Sequence record: SRR20825019_719
Length of the DNA stretch: 64,000 bases
Reading direction: 5' to 3' (one strand)
The notes below the pieces were generated by a model. The model did no database searches, was not told the origin of the DNA, and was given only the letters and a program-made list of their open reading frames with translations. Of this stretch, positions 10,330 through 19,591 are shown piece by piece (the first letter of the stretch is position 1; each line of letters opens with the position of its first letter). A program made the position numbers and the translations under genes.

Positions 10330-11085
10330 ATGAACAAAGCAATTAACAATGATGATGAGAATTTCATGAAATCAGATTCAAATATCAGGCAATCGATCAC
10401 CAATGATGAAGATTTCATGAGATCAGGCTCCAGGGAACTGACTTACAGAATCTTGCCCCCTGACAGTACCGCGATAGATCCTGAAGTATTTGTTGCTTTC
10501 ACGCTGGATGGACAAGAGGTCGAGGAGTACAGGGCTCTGAGAACCCAGCTATTACTACGCTGGTTTGATGTCAATAAGTGCCTGCTATTTACCTCAACCC
10601 GAGAAGATGAGGGCGCCAGTCAAGCAGTGGCAAACCTGTCAATTCTATTCTCACAGATGGGGCATAAAACCTTGCTGATTGATGCCAATATCAGAAAGCC
10701 CGCGCAGCACGATTTGTTCAGGCTCGATAACACTCACGGGCTTTCCGATCTGCTGGCCCGGAGATCAGAAGGAAACAATATTCAGAAGATTAGAGGCTTT
10801 GAAAACCTACATGTACTCCCTGCGGGTCCACAATTACCGAATCCTCTGGAGTTATTATCAATTGAGAGTTTCTGGGCTGCGGCGGAAAGAGCTTTCGATA
10901 TCGTGCTAATCGATTCTCCTCCAGCCCTCGATTATTCCGACGCGCAGCTGATTGCATCGAAAGTCGGAGGCGGGGTCATTGTCGCCCGTAAGAATGTCAC
11001 CAAGACCAGGGAGCTTGAAAAATTAAAGGAACAATTTGCTGTGGCAAGAGCAGAAACCGTCGGGGTCGTACTGCGAGATTTTTAG
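10330..11085 (+). CDS. epsG: EpsG/CpsD-family tyrosine-kinase-like subunit (degenerate Walker A)
   Basis: EEYRALRTQL, LLIDANIRKP, VLIDSPP; Walker A reads TSTREDEGAS. Confidence 0.85.
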   Translation: MNKAINNDDENFMKSDSNIRQSITNDEDFMRSGSRELTYRILPPDSTAIDPEVFVAFTLDGQEVEEYRALRTQLLLRWFDVNKCLLFTSTREDEGASQAVANLSILFSQMGHKTLLIDANIRKPAQHDLFRLDNTHGLSDLLARRSEGNNIQKIRGFENLHVLPAGPQLPNPLELLSIESFWAAAERAFDIVLIDSPPALDYSDAQLIASKVGGGVIVARKNVTKTRELEKLKEQFAVARAETVGVVLRDF

Positions 11086-11159
11086 GGGATCGGAGCATAT
11101 ATTCCAGTAAGCAGTCTCATTAACATATTAACCGTTGCTACCAACAAGAGGAGCTAGCG

Positions 11160-11669
11160 ATGAAGAAGTATTATGTAATGAGCTTGTTTTTACTTATCAG
11201 TCCGTTCGCGAATGCGGCGGTCGAGTTTGACGGTAATTCTGAATTCACCACAGAAGAAATGGCATTTGAAATCGGTGATGAAGCTGTAGTTGCCAATTTT
11301 GAAAATGATAGTGAAACGGTGGAAGAATTCACCAACTTTTATTCCTTCACTGTGCCAACAACCCAGGATGTGACCTTCAGCTTTGCTACTGATGGCCCTG
11401 ATGGCGGTGAAGGAACACTTAACCTGACTGCCATGAGCCCCAGCGGTGATGAAGTCACTATTGGTAATGGATCTGATGGTTCAGTGACTTTTGCCGATCT
11501 GTCACCTGATACCTACCTGCTGCAAGTGGATGCACAAGTGCTGAATGAGGGTTCTTATACGCTTTCAACTTCAGTCTCTCCTGTGCCGGAACCGAGCACC
11601 TTGGCGCTGATGATGGCAGGTTTTGGTCTGGTTGGCTTTATGAGTAACCGTCGTCGTCAATTTGTTTAA
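11160..11669 (+). CDS. PEP-CTERM sorting-domain surface protein
   Basis: Signal peptide; C-terminal VPEPSTLALMMAGFGLVGFMSNRRR; acidic body. Confidence 0.93.
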   Translation: MKKYYVMSLFLLISPFANAAVEFDGNSEFTTEEMAFEIGDEAVVANFENDSETVEEFTNFYSFTVPTTQDVTFSFATDGPDGGEGTLNLTAMSPSGDEVTIGNGSDGSVTFADLSPDTYLLQVDAQVLNEGSYTLSTSVSPVPEPSTLALMMAGFGLVGFMSNRRRQFV

Positions 11670-11697
11670 TGTGAACTCTCATCACACAAGGATGAAC

Positions 11698-11733
11698 AAT
11701 AAAAAAAGGCGATTCTATCGCCTTTTTTTATTT
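11698..11733. terminator. Intrinsic (bidirectional-type) terminator after PEP-CTERM gene
   Basis: AATAAAAAAAGGCGA-TTCTA-TCGCCTTTTTTTATT. Confidence 0.85.
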
Positions 11734-11801
11734 TCACAGCAGGCTTAATAAACTGCACCCTGCTGTGAAGACAATAATGAGAGACATCGTTACCCGGGAA
11801 C

Positions 11802-12677
11802 ATGAGCAGACACATGGCAACAAGACTTTTTTTTCTTCATCAGGACAATGAATATCTGAAATGGATATTCATTATTTTTGGCTTGTTTGCCATGTATCTG
11901 CCCACGTTTCTCAATTTATCGGACAGACTCTGGCAGTCGGAAGATCATGCACATGGGCCTTTTGTTTTACTGATTACCCTGTTTTTGTTCTGGCAACAAC
12001 GCGATGCACTGCTAACAGAGCAGGGCGAAAAGCCCTATCCTGTGCTGGGCTCAGTCATTTTTGCATTAGGCCTGCTGATTTATCTACTGGGTCGGTCTCA
12101 GGATATTCTGATTTTCGATGCCGGCTCAATGGTCCCCGTTGTCATGGGGCTTATCCTCATGACGAAAGGGTTTAAGACCCTGAGGTCATTGTGGTTCCCG
12201 ATATTTTTTCTTTTATTTTTACTGCCGATCCCCGGTTTTATTATTGATGCCGTGACTTTACCGATGAAAATCGCGGTGTCTTATGTGGCGGAGTCGATCC
12301 TTTACTGGTTTGATTACCCGGTAGCGCGTAACGGCGTGGTCTTATATGTAGGGCCATACCAGCTGTTAGTTGCCGATGCCTGTGCCGGACTACAAACATT
12401 AATTTCACTGGAAGCGCTGGGCTTGCTCTATCTGCATTTAGTGAAGCATGACTCATTTTTACGCAATTGCCTGCTGGCGCTGGCCATTATTCCCATCTCA
12501 TTTACGGCTAATGTGACACGTGTATTAGCATTAATCCTTGTAACTTATTATTTTGGTGATGAGGTAGGTCAATCTTATCTCCATGACTTTGCTGGATTGT
12601 TTTTATTCATCGTGGCATTAACCCTCATCATCTCTGTTGATACTTTGTTATCGAAGTATTTAAGAGATGCCAAGTAA
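11802..12677 (+). CDS. xrtB: Exosortase B (EpsH-type)
   Basis: Multi-TM; catalytic motifs VADACAG, NVTRV, LHDFAG; followed by separate EpsI. Confidence 0.88.
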   Translation: MSRHMATRLFFLHQDNEYLKWIFIIFGLFAMYLPTFLNLSDRLWQSEDHAHGPFVLLITLFLFWQQRDALLTEQGEKPYPVLGSVIFALGLLIYLLGRSQDILIFDAGSMVPVVMGLILMTKGFKTLRSLWFPIFFLLFLLPIPGFIIDAVTLPMKIAVSYVAESILYWFDYPVARNGVVLYVGPYQLLVADACAGLQTLISLEALGLLYLHLVKHDSFLRNCLLALAIIPISFTANVTRVLALILVTYYFGDEVGQSYLHDFAGLFLFIVALTLIISVDTLLSKYLRDAK

Positions 12678-12694
12678 GCATTTGGGAATGATTT

Positions 12695-13390
12695 ATGTCT
12701 TGGTTGAAGGCGAGCACGCTCTGCGTTCTGATGATACTCACGGCCACCATGGCAGTGTTGGCAACGCCTACTGACTACCTGGCCAATATTAAACACAGAG
12801 ACCCTCTGAATAGCTATATAGCCCCCACGCTTGATGACTGGCATCTGGATCGTGGAAGTCGTGTATTGGTGACCAATGCGGTATTGGATGAAAAACTGAA
12901 AAGTGCTTATTCCGATCTGATTAGTGAAACCTACCAGAATGCGGATAACAAGAAAGTGATGCTGTCTGTGGCTTATTCAGATAACCAGCGCAACGGACTG
13001 GCGGTTCATTCGCCGGAGGCCTGTTATCCGGCTCAGGGTTTTGAAATTCTGGAAAGGAAGCAATTTCCCATGACACTGAATGATGGCAGAGAAATTACAG
13101 TCAGGTATATGAAGACACAACGTGGTAAGAGAATTGAGCCGCTGGTGTATTGGACAATGGCGGGTGAGCAGCTTTACCGGAATAACCTTGAAAGGAAGCA
13201 GGTTTCAATTCAGTACGCGCTGAATAATATTATTCCTGACGGCCTGATTTTCAGGGTTTCTACGATTGAGGCCGACGAAGAAGCTGCCTTGAATGTCATC
13301 ACTGACTTCATCCGGGACTTTCACAGCAGTCTGGCTCAAACCGAACAATCCCGTTTTTTCGGGACTGAGTCGATGGTGATGCCTCACTGA
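12695..13390 (+). CDS. epsI: EpsI-family exosortase-associated protein
   Basis: MLSVAY, VHSPEACYPAQGF, PDGLIFRVS. Confidence 0.88.
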   Translation: MSWLKASTLCVLMILTATMAVLATPTDYLANIKHRDPLNSYIAPTLDDWHLDRGSRVLVTNAVLDEKLKSAYSDLISETYQNADNKKVMLSVAYSDNQRNGLAVHSPEACYPAQGFEILERKQFPMTLNDGREITVRYMKTQRGKRIEPLVYWTMAGEQLYRNNLERKQVSIQYALNNIIPDGLIFRVSTIEADEEAALNVITDFIRDFHSSLAQTEQSRFFGTESMVMPH

Positions 13391-13442
13391 TAACGCACCT
13401 GATTTATCAGCTTTTCATCTATCCTGAATCAAGAAGAATTTT

Positions 13443-14480
13443 ATGGTTACATTAATTAAAAATGTCATCTCATTGAGTCCGGGCCTCAAGCAGTTTCTCA
13501 AAAAGAGCAGAGATGGCTATAAACGCAGCGTGCTCAGATATCGCTGTTACAGTTATGAAAAAAAACGTAATGCAGCGCACATGGGCTGGCATCGAGCCAA
13601 CAATATGGAATACTCCAGGCGCAGTGCAGAACTGATCTTCTGGTATCACAAACTCGAGAAGGGCTTGTGTCTGCCGCTTGAAAACCGACGTTTCTTTGGC
13701 CGCTACCCAGCCCAGCAAACGCTCACTTTGCTGGAAAAATGGCATCAGGACGGCCTGCCCAAACAAACGACGGTTTACAAAGCTGCCGTCGCTGTATTGG
13801 AAGCCTATCGTGATTTTGTGGCTACTGAGGACGCCACAAAACCGGAAGTCACAGCAACGCTGGCGGAGCTTGAGGCGTTCCTGGGCGGCCATGATCAAAG
13901 CGAAGATATTTACCGAACACCGATCGAGTTCAGGCATCTGCCGGAAGATACCTATGACATCTTGTATTCACTCTCCCTGAGCAGACGCAGTACGCGTAAC
14001 TTCAGAGATCAGCGTGTTTCTATGGATGTGGTTGAAAAGGCAGCGAAGCTGGCTCAACTCAGTCCCAGTGCCTGTAACAGGCAACCCTGGCGATTACATG
14101 TATACGACGATAAAACGCATATCGAACAGATGCTGAAACTGCAGAATGGTAATCGCGGTTTTGGCCATACCATCCCCATGCTGGCCGTGGTGTGTTGCGA
14201 TATGGGCGCTTTCTTTGATTCTACCGAAAGAAATGAACCGTCTCTCGATGGCGGGTTGTTTCTAATGTCATTTTTACTGGCCCTGCAATCCCAGGGGCTG
14301 GCGACATGCTGTTTGAACTGGTGCGTTGATCCTAAAATCGATCAGCAAGGTCATCAGTTGGGCAACATTCCACAGAATGAAAAAATTCTGACCTTTCTGG
14401 CCATTGGTTATGCCGCGGATGACACAGTGGTACCGCTGTCTGCCAGAAGACCTTTGTCAGATCTGATTGTAGTGCATTAA
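13443..14480 (+). CDS. Nitroreductase-family protein with N-terminal extension
   Basis: RRSTRNF, SPSACNRQPW, GLATCCLNW, AIGY. Confidence 0.82.
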   Translation: MVTLIKNVISLSPGLKQFLKKSRDGYKRSVLRYRCYSYEKKRNAAHMGWHRANNMEYSRRSAELIFWYHKLEKGLCLPLENRRFFGRYPAQQTLTLLEKWHQDGLPKQTTVYKAAVAVLEAYRDFVATEDATKPEVTATLAELEAFLGGHDQSEDIYRTPIEFRHLPEDTYDILYSLSLSRRSTRNFRDQRVSMDVVEKAAKLAQLSPSACNRQPWRLHVYDDKTHIEQMLKLQNGNRGFGHTIPMLAVVCCDMGAFFDSTERNEPSLDGGLFLMSFLLALQSQGLATCCLNWCVDPKIDQQGHQLGNIPQNEKILTFLAIGYAADDTVVPLSARRPLSDLIVVH

Positions 14481-14526
14481 GTTTGCGTCTGAATTTAATA
14501 CTGAGCCAACTCCGCAGGAAAAATGG

Positions 14527-15981
14527 ATGGGTTTAGCCTCGAAAGCAGCACGTGGCGGCGTGGTTATGATGTCTGGCCAGATGGGCAAAGTGGTTCTGCA
14601 AATGCTGAACCTGATCATCCTGGCCCGGTTATTAAAGCCGGAAAGTTTTGGCCTGGTGGCGATGATAGTTTCGCTGTTTGGCATCGGCGAAATCATCAGA
14701 GACTGCGGACTGTCGACAGCGGCAATACAAGCGAAAACGCTGACGCAGAAACAGGCAAGCAACCTGTTTTGGGCCAATCTTTTGATCGGCACATTGTTAA
14801 CGGTAACAGCCTACTTTCTTACCCAGTTTATTGCTGATTTCTATGATCGGATTGAATTAATCGAGATCGGACAGTTTTTATCGCTCCTGTTTCTTCTGAA
14901 TGGCGCGGCATCACAGTTCAAAGCCAAGTTGAACCGTGATCTGAAGTTTGGGTTTCTGGTGACGGTTGAGTTACTGGGGACGCTGATCGGCATTGGCGTC
15001 GGTGTCTACCTGGCCTACAGCGGCTATTCGTATATGGCGATTGTTTACCAGCAGATAGTGCAGGCCTTCATTTTTCTACTGCTTTACGCATTTCTGGCGC
15101 GCTGGTGGCCCAGTCTGCCACAGCGCGATGAAGGGACGATGCAACTGTTTTCTTTTGGCTGGAACCTGATGGGAGCACAGATCCTGGGCTACTTTTCAAA
15201 GAATATGCCGGTGGTGTTGATTGGTTATAAGTACGGTGCGACACCGCTGGGTTTTTTCGAACGCGCCATGCAGATTCTGATGATGCCGTTAAACCAACTC
15301 AGCGCGCCTTCACAGGCAGTCGCGGTACCGATCCTGTCAAAGCTGCAACTGGATAATGAAGAGAAATACAATCAGTTTCTGGTATTCGGACAAAATATCA
15401 TTGTGCATCTGATTACCTTTGGTCTGATGCTCATTGCCACCCAGACTGAGAGGCTGGTGACGCTCGTGCTGGGGGGCCAGTGGGTGCAACTGGTGCCGAT
15501 ATTCCAGGCTTTGTCTTTGGGCGGCGTATTTCTGGTACTTGGCTACAGCAGCTATTGGGTGTTTCTCAGTAAAGGCATCACCAACAGGCTGCTCAAACTC
15601 AGCTTGATCACCAGGCCGTTGATTATTGCGATAACAGCGCTTGGACTTCTGGGGAGTACAACGACGGTGGCGCTGTGTTACTCGCTGGGCTTGGGCTGCT
15701 CCTGGTTGCTGGGTATGTATTGGTTAAAAAATACCGGCATTCCGGTCAGGCGCATGATAGTTAACCCCATGACTGTTGCGCTGGTTTATTTTCTTGCGGC
15801 CTTTGTTTCGTACCAGGCGATATCCCTTTTTCAACCGGGGCTGGTTGAAGGCGTCCTCTATGGCTGGCTGGTGTTCATCACTTTACTGGTACTGGCCTAT
15901 GGGCTCCTGCCCGCTTTCAGAGCCAGTGTGAATCAACTTTTTCAGTTGCGTAATTACCTTAATAAGGGCAATCAGGCTTAA
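14527..15981 (+). CDS. Wzx flippase (WzxC/GumJ-like)
   Basis: ILARLLKPESFGLVAM, many TM helices. Confidence 0.88.
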   Translation: MGLASKAARGGVVMMSGQMGKVVLQMLNLIILARLLKPESFGLVAMIVSLFGIGEIIRDCGLSTAAIQAKTLTQKQASNLFWANLLIGTLLTVTAYFLTQFIADFYDRIELIEIGQFLSLLFLLNGAASQFKAKLNRDLKFGFLVTVELLGTLIGIGVGVYLAYSGYSYMAIVYQQIVQAFIFLLLYAFLARWWPSLPQRDEGTMQLFSFGWNLMGAQILGYFSKNMPVVLIGYKYGATPLGFFERAMQILMMPLNQLSAPSQAVAVPILSKLQLDNEEKYNQFLVFGQNIIVHLITFGLMLIATQTERLVTLVLGGQWVQLVPIFQALSLGGVFLVLGYSSYWVFLSKGITNRLLKLSLITRPLIIAITALGLLGSTTTVALCYSLGLGCSWLLGMYWLKNTGIPVRRMIVNPMTVALVYFLAAFVSYQAISLFQPGLVEGVLYGWLVFITLLVLAYGLLPAFRASVNQLFQLRNYLNKGNQA

Positions 15982-17177
15982 TGAAACAACTCATCAAAAA
16001 ATGTATCCCGAGTACGCTTATCAACGTCACGCTGGGACGTTGTGTGCTTTTCTTTATGCCAGGGCGAAAGCGCAAGTTTAGCCGCTCTGATGAATCGGCA
16101 CTGATTGCGGCCCCCGGCGGCGGCAACATTGGTGATCAGGCCATGCTGGAGTCATTTCTTCATAATGTGGCCGGTAAAAAACTGATTATCACCACCAATA
16201 ATAACGAAGTCAGCATTCCGATCAGATACCGGCTGGATACCAAAGTGATAAAGATGCCGGGACTGATTTACGGCGAGCCGCATTCATTTTTGCGTGATTT
16301 CCTCAAACTGATCCGGATCATGCCCAATTTACAATCACTCTCAATTATTGGTGCGGATGTGATGGATGGCGGCTATAACCCGCATGCTTCAGCGATGCGC
16401 TCCTATGTTGCTTTGTTTGCTGTCAAAGCGGGTATTGAGGCACGGATCCTGGGATTCAGCTGGAACACACAGCCTCATAAAAAGGCTGTTAGCGCATTGA
16501 AAAAAGCGGGGAAGCATGGGGTTCAGTTATTGGCTCGTGACGCCATTTCCCAATCACGTATTCAAGAAGCCGGCATCACTCAGGTCACCTTAACTGCGGA
16601 TGTGGTGTTTGCCAATCAGACCCAGCAGGAGGAGGGCATTGCTGACATTCTTGAGTTCTGTGAAGGCAAAACGGTCGCGATAGTGAATGCCAGCGGTTTA
16701 ATTGCCAAAAATATTGATCAGATAGAAGAATACAAAATCATCATCAGCAAACTGATCGAGAAGCACTATGCCATTGTGCTCTTGCCGCATGTCATTCGAG
16801 AGGGCGCAAACGATTTGAGTGTCTGTAAAGCGATCGCGGCCCACTTTCCGGAAGTTTATTTTGTCGACAGATTGCTTGAGCCAGACCAGATCAAACGGCT
16901 GGCCCTGGCTGCCAGGCTGGTGGTGACCGGGCGTATGCACTTATCGATTATGGCGATTAATGCCGGCGTTCCGGCCATAGTCTTGTCCACGCAGGGCAAA
17001 GTCGACGGGCTGATGAAATTCTTTTCGCTGCCTGAGTTATCACTTGAACCACAAGCCGGTTTTGGCCACAAAGTCGTGACCCTGATTGATCGGGTACAAA
17101 ACGACTATGCCCGTTACAAAGCCAGTATTGCCGACAATATTGAGCCCGTTCGCCAGTTAGCGGCGAGAAACTTCTAA
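15981..17177 (+). CDS. Polysaccharide pyruvyl transferase family
   Basis: GNIGDQAM, ARDAIS, ADVVF, TGRMH motifs. Confidence 0.8.
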   Translation: MKQLIKKCIPSTLINVTLGRCVLFFMPGRKRKFSRSDESALIAAPGGGNIGDQAMLESFLHNVAGKKLIITTNNNEVSIPIRYRLDTKVIKMPGLIYGEPHSFLRDFLKLIRIMPNLQSLSIIGADVMDGGYNPHASAMRSYVALFAVKAGIEARILGFSWNTQPHKKAVSALKKAGKHGVQLLARDAISQSRIQEAGITQVTLTADVVFANQTQQEEGIADILEFCEGKTVAIVNASGLIAKNIDQIEEYKIIISKLIEKHYAIVLLPHVIREGANDLSVCKAIAAHFPEVYFVDRLLEPDQIKRLALAARLVVTGRMHLSIMAINAGVPAIVLSTQGKVDGLMKFFSLPELSLEPQAGFGHKVVTLIDRVQNDYARYKASIADNIEPVRQLAARNF

Positions 17178-17361
17178 GCATTGTTATCGAAAGCCTTGCC
17201 GCAATGAAGTGTCATTAATAGCGTGATCCGGTTCTCTTTGAGCTGATCTTATGAGGCCGAATCGGGAGAACAGTGCAACTTATCACAGCATGCCCGGAGA
17301 CAGGATCATAAGCTGTGCACGATTTTCCTCAGCGAGTTTTGTTAATCAACAGAGTTGATGG

Positions 17362-18387
17362 ATGAAGATACTTTTCTACCCCGAGCCCGATGGGGCCAAT
17401 GAATATACCTCGAACATGGTCGACAACATCGAAGCCGTGGCGGGCGAGCCTGTGCATTTCTCACCCAATATCAAAGCGATTGTTTTAAGGCCGTTTAAAA
17501 CTTTCTGCTACAAAAAATATGATGTCGCGGTGATTAACTGGCTGGAGAACAACTTAAGGAGCGAAGACAACAGATTATTTGCTTTCGGGGTGTTGAAGTT
17601 TTTTGTTTATGTCCTGTTTTTCAAGCTGGCTGCCAGAAAAACAGTGTATGTAAGGCACAATGTCTATCCTCACGATATCCCGCCAGAACAAACAAAAATG
17701 GCCAGGAAAATCATTGATTTTGCTGAGCGCCTGTTTGATAAGAAAGTGTCGCATTCAGGACACCTGGTCGATGAAGGTTACTTTTATGTGCCTCATCCGC
17801 TTTATGGCACCCACACCGAATTATCCAGTGTCGAGCCGGATCACGGACAGGACTATTACCTTGTATTCGGCAGAGTCGCCAGATACAAGCAGATCCATAA
17901 GCTTATCGAGAACTGGCCACAAAGCGAGAGGTTATTAATTGCGGGGCCGGCATCTGATTCAGCCTATGTGGAAGAACTCAAAACCAGCGCTCAAGGCCTG
18001 AATATTGAATTTGATATTCGCTTTCTGCCCAGCGAGGACGTTGACGCAATCATGAGTCATGCCAGCGCCATTATTCTCCCCCATGCGGGTGATGAAATGA
18101 TTGTCAGTGGCAGTTTTTTTCACGCTATCAGTTACGGTCTGCCGGTCATTGCCTCAGAGCAGGCATTCCTCCGCTGGTTAAAGCAGGACATGCGGTTCAG
18201 CGGGCTGACTTTGTACAGCTCGATGGACGCGCTTGCCGCCATATTAAAAGCGCCGATAACGACCACTAAACAAGCCGTTTTAATCGAATCTGAACGACTG
18301 TTCGGCAAGCAAATTGTTCAGGTGAACCTGAACAATTTGCTGACTGAGTTAAGCCGCGATAGCCAACTGCAAAAGGAACTGAGATGA
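17362..18387 (+). CDS. Glycosyltransferase (GT-B, GumI-like)
   Basis: RHNVYPHD, FGRVARYK, SGSFFHAISYGLPVI. Confidence 0.7.
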   Translation: MKILFYPEPDGANEYTSNMVDNIEAVAGEPVHFSPNIKAIVLRPFKTFCYKKYDVAVINWLENNLRSEDNRLFAFGVLKFFVYVLFFKLAARKTVYVRHNVYPHDIPPEQTKMARKIIDFAERLFDKKVSHSGHLVDEGYFYVPHPLYGTHTELSSVEPDHGQDYYLVFGRVARYKQIHKLIENWPQSERLLIAGPASDSAYVEELKTSAQGLNIEFDIRFLPSEDVDAIMSHASAIILPHAGDEMIVSGSFFHAISYGLPVIASEQAFLRWLKQDMRFSGLTLYSSMDALAAILKAPITTTKQAVLIESERLFGKQIVQVNLNNLLTELSRDSQLQKELR

Positions 18388-19583
18388 AAAAGCTATGCAT
18401 TATCGCGGCAGCATACCCCCCCAATGTTAAAGGCGGTGGCGAGAAGTCTACGCAACTGCTGGCAAAGGGCTTATCTGATTTAGGTAATGAGGTCACCGTG
18501 CTGACTATCGACTACAGGGATAATGAATTTCAGGATGAGGCGGTTCGGGTCCGGACGATACTTTCGCCCAATATCTACTGGAACTTCAAGCACAGCGAGC
18601 CGGCTTTCAGGAAATTGGTTTGGCATTTCAGAGAAAATTTTAACCCCAAAGCGAAACAAAGGGTGATTGAAGAATTAAGCCGGATTAAGCCGGATGCCGT
18701 TATCACCAGTACCATAGAGAACTTTGGCAATGCTGCCTGGGAAGCCTGTCATGAGCTGAATATTCCGGTTGCCCACATTCTCAGGAGTTATTACACATTG
18801 TGCTTTAAAGGCACGATGTTTCGACAGGGTAAAAACTGCGAGCAACGCTGTCACAGCTGCCGGGCAGCGACCTTCGGTCGGGTCAGAAGCGCCGCTAAAG
18901 TCAACGGTCTGATTGGCATCAGTGACTTTATACTCAACCGGCACCAGCCGTATTTCAGTCAGGCATTAAGTCAGAGGATATTTAATCCCGTCGAGGTTGA
19001 GACCTCAGTCAATGCGCTGCCTGAAGGAGACCAATACATTTTTGGTTATCTGGGACGAATAGAGCCTGAAAAAGGGGTTGAACTTCTGCTGCAGGCATTT
19101 CAGACCCTGCCGGATAATTACCAAATCAGGATTGCCGGCACGGGGAAGGAAGAATACGTTAAATACCTGCAAGACCAGTATGCATCGAAAAGAATCAGCT
19201 TTCTGGGCTGGGTGTCGCCAGAAGAAGTTTATCGTTCGGTCAACTTTGTTGTGGTGCCATCAATGTGGCATGAACCCTTCGGCAGGACAGTGATTGAAGC
19301 CTATTCACACGGGGTGCCAGTGATCGCTTCTGCCAGAGGCGGGCTCAAAGAGCTGGTGGAAGAGGGCATAACCGGGCAGCTTTTTGAACCCAATGATCCG
19401 GCCAATTTCAGACAGGCCTGTCAGGAGGCGGTAAAAAACAAGCTTGCCAGCAGAGCGGTTAGCTTGTCGGTACAGCAATATGCCCAGCGTTTTTCTGTTG
19501 ATGTCATTGCAGCCCAATATGATGCCTTCATCGATGCCATGGTCAACGAGCATGCAACGCAAAACGTCATTCCGGCCAGCTGA
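18384..19583 (+). CDS. Glycosyltransferase family 4
   Basis: GGGE, GRIEPEKG, EPFGRTVIEA. Confidence 0.88.
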   Translation: MKKLCIIAAAYPPNVKGGGEKSTQLLAKGLSDLGNEVTVLTIDYRDNEFQDEAVRVRTILSPNIYWNFKHSEPAFRKLVWHFRENFNPKAKQRVIEELSRIKPDAVITSTIENFGNAAWEACHELNIPVAHILRSYYTLCFKGTMFRQGKNCEQRCHSCRAATFGRVRSAAKVNGLIGISDFILNRHQPYFSQALSQRIFNPVEVETSVNALPEGDQYIFGYLGRIEPEKGVELLLQAFQTLPDNYQIRIAGTGKEEYVKYLQDQYASKRISFLGWVSPEEVYRSVNFVVVPSMWHEPFGRTVIEAYSHGVPVIASARGGLKELVEEGITGQLFEPNDPANFRQACQEAVKNKLASRAVSLSVQQYAQRFSVDVIAAQYDAFIDAMVNEHATQNVIPAS

Positions 19584-19591
19584 GCGCGCTA

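Noticed and set aside
11827-11834. T8 tract at the 5' end of xrtB as a phase-variation switch
   Set aside because: Short, in frame, and T-runs are common in these Phe/Leu-rich membrane genes
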